Assembly (NCBI GenBank): GCA_044229265.1
Contig: JBGATK010000001.1
Span: 101,776-155,491, forward strand
From: Minisyncoccia bacterium
GTDB lineage: Bacteria > Patescibacteriota > Minisyncoccia > Phycocordibacterales > UBA9973
Reading direction: 5' to 3'
Length of the DNA: 53,716 nt
Program-made: the position numbers and the translations under genes
Part shown: positions 28,187 to 36,672 of the stretch, piece after piece
Layout: every line of letters begins with the position of its first letter
Position numbering within the stretch: position 1 is the stretch's first letter
The notes under the pieces: generated by a model
Seen by the model: the letters and a program-made list of their open reading frames with translations, nothing else
What the model was told of the DNA's origin: nothing
Databases searched by the model: none

Positions 28187-28618
28187 ATGAAAATAAAAAC
28201 TCAGAATCTAAAAGAATTTAATGCTGTCGCACGCGACTTCACTAAAAAATATCTCTGTCAGGTGTCGAACACCCGACAGGCTTTTATTGTAGGCCTTTAT
28301 GGGGATTTGGGGGCAGGGAAAACTCATTTTGTAAAAGCTGTTGCGAAAGAGCTTGGTGTAAAAACAAAAGTAAATAGCCCAACTTTTGTAATAATGAAAA
28401 GATATAAATTAAAAAATAAAAATTTAATTCATATAGATGCGTATAGGCTTAAAAACGAGAAAGAAATTTTAAATTTGGGCTGGAAAGAAATGATTGGAAA
28501 TCCAGAAAATATTATTTTTCTCGAATGGCCTGAAAATATTAAAAAAGCTTTGCCTAAAAAATATTTTAAAGTAAAAATAAAACATTTAGAAGGGGAAGAG
28601 AGAGAAATTTCATACTAG
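28187..28618 (+). CDS. tsaE: tRNA t6A37 biosynthesis ATPase TsaE
   Basis: GDLGAGKTHFVKA P-loop followed by SPTF and H-x-D-x-YR (IHIDAYRL), the TsaE/YjeE signature. Confidence 0.8.
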   Translation: MKIKTQNLKEFNAVARDFTKKYLCQVSNTRQAFIVGLYGDLGAGKTHFVKAVAKELGVKTKVNSPTFVIMKRYKLKNKNLIHIDAYRLKNEKEILNLGWKEMIGNPENIIFLEWPENIKKALPKKYFKVKIKHLEGEEREISY

Positions 28619-28695
28619 TTGCTTTTCCCATCGTTCTATGGTGAAATAGGTTTAAATTTTCTTTTCTAATTTGTTAAACTTATAAATTCTAACTT

Positions 28696-29850
28696 ATGGA
28701 TAATAAAACTTGCGCGCAGGATATTCTGGCGCTAGCCGGAATGACCTTTAATGGTCCAAATGATTTCGACCCTCAAATTAATGACTCTCGTTTTTATGAC
28801 AGAGTTATGAGGCAGGGGAGTATTGGCCTCGGTGATTCTTATATTGAAGGCTGGTGGGACTCAGAAAATTTGCCGATTTTTTATGCTAAGCTTAATAGAG
28901 CAAAGGAAATTAAAAAATACCAAAAATTTGGTTTTTTTAATACTTTAAAATTTCTTGCTTTTAACTTGCAAAATAAGATTTTAGCGGAATTAAATGTCTC
29001 GAAGCACTATGATTTAGGTAACGAGCTTTATGAATCTTTTCTGGGGCCAATTATGGCTTATAGTTGTGGGTATTTTTTTCGAGCCGTTACTCTAAAACAG
29101 GCTCAACAAGATAAGCTTGATTTAATTGCTCTTAAATCTGGATTTCAGCCTGGTCAATCTGTCGCAGAAATTGGATGTGGTTGGGGTTATGGAGTTAAGA
29201 ATGCTGTTGAAAACTTTGGCGTTCATGCTGTAGGTATCACACTTTCAAAAGAGCAATATGTTTATGCAAAAAATCTTTGTGCTCATTTAGGCAGTAAAGC
29301 AGAGATTAGATTTCAAGATTATCGCGACATTCCAAGTAGTGAAAAATATGACCATATTTATTCTATCGGAATGTTTGAGCATGTGGGCAGTAAAAATTAT
29401 AGAGAGTATTTTGAAGTATGCAATCAGCATTTGTCTGATGATGAACACGCTGTGAATTTATTACACACTATTATTACTCACGGAGAAGAATCTCGCATAG
29501 ATCCCTGGATAGATAAACATATTTTCAGAGGAGCAGAAATTCCGAATTTGAAACAAATTTATAAAGCCTCTGAAGGTTTGTTTGCAACTGAGGACCAACA
29601 CACTTTTGGTTTGGATTATGCAAAAACTCTTAGAGAATGGAGACGGCGTTTTAATCTTAATGTTCCAAACTTAAGTGAAAAGTATAATAATCCACGTTTC
29701 ATTAGAATGTGGAATAATTATTTGGCTTGTTCCGAGGGCTCTTTCTTGTCTAGAACAAATGATTTAGCTCAAATAGTTTTTTCTAAAAAAGGATTTCTTG
29801 ATGGTTATGAACCAGTTAGGGACTTTTTTAGTCCCAAGGTGATTTTTTAA
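28696..29850 (+). CDS. cyclopropane-fatty-acyl-phospholipid synthase-like SAM methyltransferase
   Basis: HYDLGNELYESFLG (the CFA synthase-family HYD motif) and the SAM motif I VAEIGCGWGYG. Confidence 0.78.
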   Translation: MDNKTCAQDILALAGMTFNGPNDFDPQINDSRFYDRVMRQGSIGLGDSYIEGWWDSENLPIFYAKLNRAKEIKKYQKFGFFNTLKFLAFNLQNKILAELNVSKHYDLGNELYESFLGPIMAYSCGYFFRAVTLKQAQQDKLDLIALKSGFQPGQSVAEIGCGWGYGVKNAVENFGVHAVGITLSKEQYVYAKNLCAHLGSKAEIRFQDYRDIPSSEKYDHIYSIGMFEHVGSKNYREYFEVCNQHLSDDEHAVNLLHTIITHGEESRIDPWIDKHIFRGAEIPNLKQIYKASEGLFATEDQHTFGLDYAKTLREWRRRFNLNVPNLSEKYNNPRFIRMWNNYLACSEGSFLSRTNDLAQIVFSKKGFLDGYEPVRDFFSPKVIF

Positions 29851-29857
29851 AATATTT

Positions 29858-29900
29858 ACCGAATGTTTGCACGTAAAAAATGCAGGCATTCGGTTTTTTT
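29858..29900 (+). terminator. intrinsic terminator
   Basis: accgaatg / cattcggt stem followed by TTTTTTT. Confidence 0.75.
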
Positions 29901-29925
29901 ATTTACAAAATTTCAGGTCAAAAAA

Positions 29926-29934
29926 TGCTATACT
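29926..29934 (+). promoter_or_regulatory. extended -10 (TGcTATACT) of polA, 6 nt before the ATG
   Basis: aaaaaTGcTATACTatttttATG, which implies a leaderless transcript starting at or next to the ATG at 29941. Confidence 0.6.
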
Positions 29935-29940
29935 ATTTTT

Positions 29941-32385
29941 ATGAAAAAAGAGCTTAAAAATGAGGCAAAAAGGGTAGTCTTGCTAGACTCGCATGCGATA
30001 ATTCACAGAGCTTATCATGCACTGCCTGACTTTATGGCCTCAAATGGCGAGCCTACCGGAGCTCTTTATGGACTCTCAAATATGCTTATGAAGATAATTG
30101 GTGATTTAAAGCCCGACTATATCATCGCTTGTTATGACTTACCGCAAAAGACTTTTCGCCACGAAGCTTACGACAGTTATAAAGATGGGCGGGTAAAGGC
30201 CGATGAAGCTTTAATCTCACAAATTAAAAATTCACGTCTTATTTTTGACGCATTTAATATTCCTATTTATTCTGCTCCAGGTTTTGAGGCTGATGATTGT
30301 CTAGGAACTTTGGTGGAAATTTTAAATAAAAAAAATAAATTCCAGATAATTATCGCTTCAGGAGATATGGATACTATGCAATTAGTAGATGATAAAAAAG
30401 TCCAAGTTTATACTTTAAAAAAGGGAATAACTGATACTATTTTATACGACGAAGATGCTGTGGTGGCGCGTTATGGTTTCGCACCAAAACTTTTGCCAGA
30501 CTACAAAGGTCTGCGAGGCGACCCTTCTGACAATATTATTGGCATTAAAGGTATAGGAGAAAAAACTGCCACAACACTTATCGGTAATTTTGGCACTATA
30601 GAAAATATTTACAAAGAAATCAAAAAAACAGGTGCGCAAGATGAATTTAAAAAGCTAGGCATTACTGAAAGAATTTTCCTTTTATTAAAGGAAAATGAAG
30701 AAGAAGCTTTATTCTCAAAGACACTTGCTACGATAAGGCGAGATGCACCGATAGATTTTGTTTTGCCAGAGAAAAAGTTTTGGGAAAATCTTGAGCCAAA
30801 AAAAATCGAAAATGTATTTTTACGTTTCGAATTCCGTTCACTATTTTCTAGATTGAAAAACTTTATGTCAGATGGAAAAGGTGAGAACGAAGAGATTAAA
30901 AATTTTAATCCTAAAACAGAGTTAGACGAATTTGTAGATGGTATAAATGGTAAAAATGAAAATCAAATAAAAGAAAAAGAAATTGATGCACGGGAATTAC
31001 TCGAAACCTCTATAGCCTTATGGCTTATAAATTCTGAGATTTCTGTGCCAAATTTATCTGATATTTTAATGTTTAGTAAGACTCAAAATTTTGAGCAAGC
31101 GAAAGATTATGTATTTAAAACTCTTCAAGAAAAGAATCTCGAAAAAGTGTATCAAGAAATCGAAAAGCCAATAATAGATATTGTTAGCGATATGTCTAAA
31201 ACAGGAATTCTTATAGACAAAACATATTTTACAAATCTTTCGAAAGAATTTCATTTAGAGTTAGACAAGTTAACTAAAAAGATTTATGAGCAAGCAAACG
31301 AAGAATTTAATATAAATTCTCCAAAGCAACTTGGCATTATTTTGTTTGAAAAACTCGGTATTAAAACCAAAAAGAAAACTGCCGGTGGAGCACTCTCTAC
31401 TAAAGCCGAAGTTTTAGAAGAGCTTGCCGAAGAGTACCCAATAGTAAAAGATATTTTAGAATATCGTGAATTCCAAAAACTAACTTCTACATATATAGAT
31501 GTAATACCAAGTTTGACAGGTGAGGATGGTAGGTTGCACTCACGTTTTATTCAGCACGGTACTACTACAGGTAGGTTCGCTTCGCTCGATCCGAATTTGC
31601 AGAATTTACCTATAAAATCTGAACTTGGTCGAAAAATTAGGACTGGTTTTGTTGCAAAAAAAGGCTGTAGTTTGCTCGCTCTTGATTATAGTCAAATAGA
31701 ATTACGTGTGGGGGCTATACTTTCGGGTGATAAAAAAATGACTGAGATTTTTGTTAGTGGTAAAGATATTCATGCCGGAGTGGCGTCTTTTGTTTTCGGT
31801 GTGCCGATAGATGCTGTAGATAGTGAAATGCGCAGGCGAGCGAAAGTTATTAACTTCGGTATTATTTATGGCATGGGAGTTTCTTCGCTTCGAAAGAGTC
31901 TCGGAGGTACTCGCGAAGAAGCTCAGAAATTTTATGATAATTATTTCAATCAATTTTCAGGTATTCGAGATTATTTGGATAATGTAAAAATTCTCGCGGG
32001 TAAAAACGGATACACGGAGACTCTATTTGGACGTAGAAGATATTTTCCAAATATAAATTCTAGGATTCCATTTTTAAAAGCCATGGCCGAGCGCACGGCT
32101 ATAAATGCACCAATTCAAGGCACTGCAGCGGATGTAATCAAGCTCGCTATACGATATGTAGATGAAGATTTGAAAAAAAATGGCTTAAAAGAAAAAGCAT
32201 GTTTAGTAATGCAGATTCACGATGAGCTCGTATATGAAGTAGAAGATAGTGTGCTTCAAAAAACCGCTGAAATCATAAAACAATCTATGGAAGGAGTGCT
32301 CACTAGGTCTTTTGTAGCTTACGATGGGTTAATTCCTATGCTTGTATCCTGTGGCTGGGGCAAGAATTTCGGTGAAGTAAAGTAA
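29941..32385 (+). CDS. polA: DNA polymerase I (5' nuclease + polymerase; middle domain much reduced)
   Basis: The 5' nuclease N-terminus VVLLDSHAIIHRAYHA. Polymerase motif A LLALDYSQIELR, motif B RRRAKVINFGIIYG, motif C QIHDELV. The start is moved to ATG 29941 because the track start at 29863 lies inside the upstream terminator and ahead of the promoter. Confidence 0.92.
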   Translation: MKKELKNEAKRVVLLDSHAIIHRAYHALPDFMASNGEPTGALYGLSNMLMKIIGDLKPDYIIACYDLPQKTFRHEAYDSYKDGRVKADEALISQIKNSRLIFDAFNIPIYSAPGFEADDCLGTLVEILNKKNKFQIIIASGDMDTMQLVDDKKVQVYTLKKGITDTILYDEDAVVARYGFAPKLLPDYKGLRGDPSDNIIGIKGIGEKTATTLIGNFGTIENIYKEIKKTGAQDEFKKLGITERIFLLLKENEEEALFSKTLATIRRDAPIDFVLPEKKFWENLEPKKIENVFLRFEFRSLFSRLKNFMSDGKGENEEIKNFNPKTELDEFVDGINGKNENQIKEKEIDARELLETSIALWLINSEISVPNLSDILMFSKTQNFEQAKDYVFKTLQEKNLEKVYQEIEKPIIDIVSDMSKTGILIDKTYFTNLSKEFHLELDKLTKKIYEQANEEFNINSPKQLGIILFEKLGIKTKKKTAGGALSTKAEVLEELAEEYPIVKDILEYREFQKLTSTYIDVIPSLTGEDGRLHSRFIQHGTTTGRFASLDPNLQNLPIKSELGRKIRTGFVAKKGCSLLALDYSQIELRVGAILSGDKKMTEIFVSGKDIHAGVASFVFGVPIDAVDSEMRRRAKVINFGIIYGMGVSSLRKSLGGTREEAQKFYDNYFNQFSGIRDYLDNVKILAGKNGYTETLFGRRRYFPNINSRIPFLKAMAERTAINAPIQGTAADVIKLAIRYVDEDLKKNGLKEKACLVMQIHDELVYEVEDSVLQKTAEIIKQSMEGVLTRSFVAYDGLIPMLVSCGWGKNFGEVK

Positions 32386-32404
32386 TTTATTTATTTTTTT
32401 ATTG

Positions 32405-32413
32405 TGGTATAGT
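32405..32413 (+). promoter_or_regulatory. extended -10 (TGgTATAGT), 6 nt before the ATG at 32420
   Basis: atTGTGgTATAGTttagttATG. Confidence 0.5.
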
Positions 32414-32419
32414 TTAGTT

Positions 32420-32917
32420 ATGGATGAGAATAAAAAAGAAATTTGCGAGAACCCAGTATCTACTTATAAGGTGCACAGGATTTTAGCACATTCTTATTTT
32501 GCTTACCTTAGTTTATTCTTGGTGGGTGTAGTTTTGGATATATTTTTCCCAATAAAAATCTTTAAGGAAAAGCATGCTGATCCTATAGGCTTTTTTTTAT
32601 TATTTATCGGCACAGTATTAATTCTTTGGGCTCAATATTCTTCTCATAAACATCGTGAACATCGTAAAGATCCCAATAATGTTCCCGCTGGAGCTTTCCA
32701 TAAAGGGCCTTATAAGTATACTCGTATGCCGACACATTTCGGACTTTTTGCAATAATGTTTGGTTTTGGGTTTGTGATTAATGCTACTTTTATTATAACC
32801 ACAACCTTAATTTCTTTTTTGTTAACTAAATTTATTTTTTTGAATAAAGAAGAAAAGATACTTTCTCAAAAATACGGCGAAAAATATACTCAGTATAAAA
32901 AAGATGTAAAAATATAA
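32420..32917 (+). CDS. membrane methyltransferase-like protein (ICMT/PEMT-type)
   Basis: Four or five TM helices and GPYKYTRMPTHFG, which resembles the G-x-Y-x-x-x-R-H-P-x-Y-x-G motif of isoprenylcysteine/phospholipid methyltransferases. ATG 32420 is preferred over the track's TTG at 32402. Confidence 0.5.
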   Translation: MDENKKEICENPVSTYKVHRILAHSYFAYLSLFLVGVVLDIFFPIKIFKEKHADPIGFFLLFIGTVLILWAQYSSHKHREHRKDPNNVPAGAFHKGPYKYTRMPTHFGLFAIMFGFGFVINATFIITTTLISFLLTKFIFLNKEEKILSQKYGEKYTQYKKDVKI

Positions 32918-32918
32918 G

Positions 32919-33566
32919 ATGATTTATTTATTTGCTGGAGATGATTTTAAAAAAAAGTTAGCAAATTACGAGAATTTTTCTGCAAAAATATCTAAAGATG
33001 CAGAATTTTTTTCAATATCAAATAGTAATTTTGGAGAAAATATTTTCGAAAGTCTTCTTGGTGGGGCAGGGCTTTTTAATTCTAAAAAAATAATTTTCTT
33101 TTCAAATATCTTAGAAAAAGAAGAGAATGCCGAGGCGATACTAAATCGTCTATCTCAAATGGCTGATTCTGATGATAGTTTTATTTTTCTTGAAGGCAAG
33201 CTCGGTAAAGTAGTCTTGGACGCTTTCAAGAAAGCACGCGCAGAAATAAATTACTTTGAATTACCAAAAGAAAAAAAAGAGAAATTTAATAATTTTCTTT
33301 TAGCTGATGCACTGGCTGATCGTGATAAATTAAAACTTTGGATATACTTTAGGCAAGCCATAGACCTGGGTGTGTCGCTCGAAGAACTAGTGGGTGTACT
33401 CAGCTGGAAAGTGAAAGACATGCTACTTAAGAAAAATTTTTATAAAGTTAAAAAAGAAGAATTGCAAAAAACTGCTTTTGTATTGGCGACAATATTACCG
33501 AAAGCAAGAGGCGAGGGTAAAGACGATGAAGCAAGCCTAGAGAGATATTTTCTTGAGATTTTTTAG
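32919..33566 (+). CDS. hypothetical protein, possibly a short DNA polymerase III delta (HolA)-like subunit
   Basis: The MIYLFAGDD start and helical composition resemble HolA. Weak, motif-level impression only. Confidence 0.35.
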   Translation: MIYLFAGDDFKKKLANYENFSAKISKDAEFFSISNSNFGENIFESLLGGAGLFNSKKIIFFSNILEKEENAEAILNRLSQMADSDDSFIFLEGKLGKVVLDAFKKARAEINYFELPKEKKEKFNNFLLADALADRDKLKLWIYFRQAIDLGVSLEELVGVLSWKVKDMLLKKNFYKVKKEELQKTAFVLATILPKARGEGKDDEASLERYFLEIF

Positions 33567-33569
33567 CTG

Positions 33570-33642
33570 TGCGCCCAGTTGGAATCGAACCAACGACCTT
33601 ATCCTTAAAAGGGATCTGCTCTACCAGCTGAGCTATAGGCGC
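33570..33642 (-). tRNA. tRNA-Lys (anticodon UUU)
   Basis: Manual fold: acceptor GCGCCTA/TGGGCGC, D arm GCTC-AGCTGGTA-GAGC, anticodon loop CTTTTAA, T arm GTTGG-TTCGATT-CCAAC. No encoded CCA. Confidence 0.9.
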
Positions 33643-33978
33643 ATAATAATCTAACGACCTACCAAAACAGCGATAGGCGCGATAAGAGTAAATATAACTA
33701 AAATACGCTAAAAAATCAAGTTTTTTGACTTTTCCACATGGTATAGTTGTGGTACCTTTTAGGTAAGTTTATAATGTAAGTAATAGTTCTTTGGGGAATT
33801 GTTACAAAAAATAGAGTCGTATGCGACTCGCCAATATGGTTGTATTACAACCAAAAAACAAAACACCCCACCAAGCAATTTTTTGCACCAAAATTAAATA
33901 CCCATAAACATATCAAAGCCAGACTCCCAAAGTCTGGCTTAATTATTTGTCTAAATTTTTGTATTTAACTTTTTATTC

Positions 33979-33987
33979 TGTTATATT
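33979..33987 (+). promoter_or_regulatory. extended -10 (TGtTATATT) of uvrB, 6 nt before the ATG
   Basis: ttcTGtTATATTgagtttATG. Confidence 0.5.
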
Positions 33988-33993
33988 GAGTTT

Positions 33994-36168
33994 ATGTCAG
34001 AAAAGATTTTTAAAATAAAAAGCAATTTTACTCCAGCCGGCGATCAGCCTACTGCTATTTCATCTTTGCTTGATGGTTTAACCAAAGGTATGAAGAAGCA
34101 AACCCTCCTCGGCGCTACAGGTACAGGCAAGACCTTTACTATGGCCAATGTTATAGCCGAGCATAACAAGCCGACTCTAGTCATCGCTCATAACAAAACT
34201 CTGGCTGCTCAGCTTGCTCAAGAATTTCGAGAATTTTTCCCCGACGCAGCTGTGCATTATTTCGTGTCATATTATGACTATTATCAACCCGAGGCTTATA
34301 TGCCAGCCTCTGATACTTATATCGAAAAGGATGCAAGTATAAATAAAGAGATAGATAGACTTCGGCATGCCTCGACGCAAGCACTCCTTACTCGCAAAGA
34401 TGTGATCATAGTCGCCTCCGTGTCTTGTATATATGGTCTTGGTTCTCCTGAAGAATATGAGAAGGTGAATCTAAAACTCGAAGTGGGTATGAAGATGGAT
34501 AGGCTTACCCTCATGAAGAAGCTCATAGAGATACACTTTACTCGCACAAATGCAGATATACTTAGCGGACAATTTCGGGCTACTGGCGCGAAGATAGAAG
34601 TGATGCCTGTTTCAGATACTTTTGTATATCAAATAGAAATGGCAGGTGGTAAGATTTCCAGCATTATAAAGATGGACCCAGTTTCGGGGGTGATTTTAAA
34701 TGAGGAAAAAAACATATTTTTATTTCCAACGAAACATTTTATTACCGAAGACTCTTTGAAAAAGAAAGCGATAGTAGCAATACAAAAAGAACTAGACGCG
34801 CAATTAAAACATTTTAATAAAGAAGGTAAAATCCTTGAGGCAGATAGAATAAAACGCCGTACGAATTATGACCTCGCGATGATAAAAGAGATAGGTTATT
34901 GCAATGGAATAGAAAATTATTCTCGGCATCTGTCTGGTAAAGCTGAAGGCGAGCCACCAGAGACGCTACTAAGCTATTTTAAAAATAATTTTTTAACTAT
35001 TATAGATGAGAGTCATGTGACCCTACCACAACTCCGCGCTATGTATGCTGGTGACCAAGCTCGTAAGAAGACTCTGGTGGAGTACGGTTTTCGTTTGCCG
35101 AGTGCAAAGGATAACAGGCCACTTCGTTATGAAGAATTTGAGGAAAGAATAGGGCAAGTCATATATACTTCAGCAACGCCGAGTGATATAGAGCGAGCTG
35201 AAAGTGAGCACATAGTAGAGCAAATAATTCGCCCCACTGGATTAATTGATCCGGAATTGGTGGTAAGGTCAGTGAGTGCTACCTCACCCCTAACCCCTCT
35301 CCTGAAAGGCGAGGGGAAAAGCTCCTTCCCATTCCAGGGGAAGGCGGGGGATGAGGTTTACCCGGGCCAAATTCAAGACTTTATAGCTGAAACAGAAAAG
35401 ACTATAGCACGAGGTTTTCGCGTGCTTGCTACAACCCTTACGAAAAAGATGGCGGAGGATTTGTCTGTGTATTTGAAAGAAAAGAAAATCAAAGCAGAAT
35501 ATTTGCACTCAGATATTAAAACAATGGATAGAATAAAAATCCTAACCCAATTTCGAAAAGGGGATTTTGATGTGCTTGTGGGTGTGAACCTCCTTCGTGA
35601 AGGGCTCGACTTGCCGGAGGTAGCACTAATTGGGATTCTCGATGCTGATAAAGAAGGATTCCTGCGTAGCGAAACCTCACTTATTCAAACAATAGGTAGA
35701 GCCGCTCGTAATGCCGAAGGCAAGGTAATTCTTTATGCAGATAAAATTACAAATTCACTTGAATATGCCATAAAAGAAACTACTAGAAGGCGCAATACTC
35801 AAATAGCTTATAATAAAAAGCATGGCATCACTCCGAAAACAATTTTGAAAAATATAAAGGACATTACCGAGATTTTAGAAAGCGAACATGCCAAGGCAGT
35901 GAATGCCGAGCTCAACCTCGACATAGAGGTATTTAAAAAAGCTTATGAGAAAGAACTTAAAAGTGTAAATAAAGGCAAGGTGACGAAGAAGGATGGGGTC
36001 ACAAATGTTCAGCTTTATCTTTCGGACGAAGAGAGGAGCAATCTAGTGTATGAAAAAATAATAAAAATAAAAGAGAAGGAAATGAACAAAGCTGTCAAAG
36101 AACTCGACTTCGAAACCGCGGCTATACTTCGGGATGAAATTGGCGTGCTACGGGAGCGAATGAAATAA
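33994..36168 (+). CDS. uvrB: excinuclease ABC subunit B
   Basis: Walker A GATGTGKTF, beta-hairpin region YYDYYQPEAY, helicase motifs, and a C-terminal UVR domain (ELDFETAAILRDEI). Carries a ~29-aa in-frame insertion (see findings). Confidence 0.95.
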   Translation: MSEKIFKIKSNFTPAGDQPTAISSLLDGLTKGMKKQTLLGATGTGKTFTMANVIAEHNKPTLVIAHNKTLAAQLAQEFREFFPDAAVHYFVSYYDYYQPEAYMPASDTYIEKDASINKEIDRLRHASTQALLTRKDVIIVASVSCIYGLGSPEEYEKVNLKLEVGMKMDRLTLMKKLIEIHFTRTNADILSGQFRATGAKIEVMPVSDTFVYQIEMAGGKISSIIKMDPVSGVILNEEKNIFLFPTKHFITEDSLKKKAIVAIQKELDAQLKHFNKEGKILEADRIKRRTNYDLAMIKEIGYCNGIENYSRHLSGKAEGEPPETLLSYFKNNFLTIIDESHVTLPQLRAMYAGDQARKKTLVEYGFRLPSAKDNRPLRYEEFEERIGQVIYTSATPSDIERAESEHIVEQIIRPTGLIDPELVVRSVSATSPLTPLLKGEGKSSFPFQGKAGDEVYPGQIQDFIAETEKTIARGFRVLATTLTKKMAEDLSVYLKEKKIKAEYLHSDIKTMDRIKILTQFRKGDFDVLVGVNLLREGLDLPEVALIGILDADKEGFLRSETSLIQTIGRAARNAEGKVILYADKITNSLEYAIKETTRRRNTQIAYNKKHGITPKTILKNIKDITEILESEHAKAVNAELNLDIEVFKKAYEKELKSVNKGKVTKKDGVTNVQLYLSDEERSNLVYEKIIKIKEKEMNKAVKELDFETAAILRDEIGVLRERMK
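35281..35357 (+). repeat. 77-nt G+C-rich palindromic element inserted in-frame in uvrB
   Basis: Outer stem acctcacccc / ggggatgaggt encloses two hairpins (cccctc...gagggg and ccttccc...gggaagg). Its first 22 nt (acctcacccctaacccctctcc) match 39385-39406 at 21 of 22 positions. Confidence 0.75.
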
Positions 36169-36215
36169 AAAAAGGCTTGCAATAAATGCAAACCCTTTCT
36201 AACTCTTTTCTAGAA

Positions 36216-36506
36216 TTAATTGGCTTTTTTTAGCCAATACTCAACTTCATAGTGATGATATAAAAATCTACCATGCTCATCGGAAGTGTAAGTTTTAATT
36301 ATCCTTGCTCTAGTAAAGCGATAATTTCTTTCGTCTCCAACTTTTTCTAAAGCAATTTTTATTGCGTTTCTTTTTGAAGAGAGGTCTCTACGCAAATTTG
36401 CCCACCCTTTTATTCCTGTGCCTGGTTTAAAGACATAGTAGTTTCTGATTTTAACACAAACTACAAAAAGTACTAAAATAGTAAGTAAAAATATTACTAT
36501 ATTCAT
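36216..36506 (-). CDS. small membrane-anchored hypothetical protein
   Basis: 96-aa ORF with an N-terminal TM helix. No motif recognised. Confidence 0.45.
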   Translation of the reverse strand: MNIVIFLLTILVLFVVCVKIRNYYVFKPGTGIKGWANLRRDLSSKRNAIKIALEKVGDERNYRFTRARIIKTYTSDEHGRFLYHHYEVEYWLKKAN

Positions 36507-36565
36507 TTTTTTTGATTTAAAAGTTTAATAATGAATTTTCTTCAATCTACTACTTTGAGATAGTC

Positions 36566-36593
36566 TTGTCAAATGAAAGTTTCATGCTATACT
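36566..36593 (+). promoter_or_regulatory. promoter of uvrA
   Basis: TTGTCA (36566-36571), a 16-nt spacer with TG at 36585-36586, then TATACT (36588-36593). Confidence 0.6.
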
Positions 36594-36672
36594 TTTACTA
36601 GTTTAATAGAGATACACACCCCCTAGGAGCATAGTGGGGTGCGATTGTGGTATTAAGCCAATAAATAATAAA

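Noticed and set aside
29863-29940. Upstream start choices in the ORF track: polA at 29863, uvrA GTG at 36634, the 43770 TTG, the 32402 TTG, the ruvA TTG at 43433 and the pilB-like TTG at 27200
   Set aside because: Each extension runs through a terminator hairpin or the gene's own -10 element. Downstream ATGs restore canonical N-termini (for example MIASLRGKI for RuvA and [10 protein letters not shown] spacing for UvrA).
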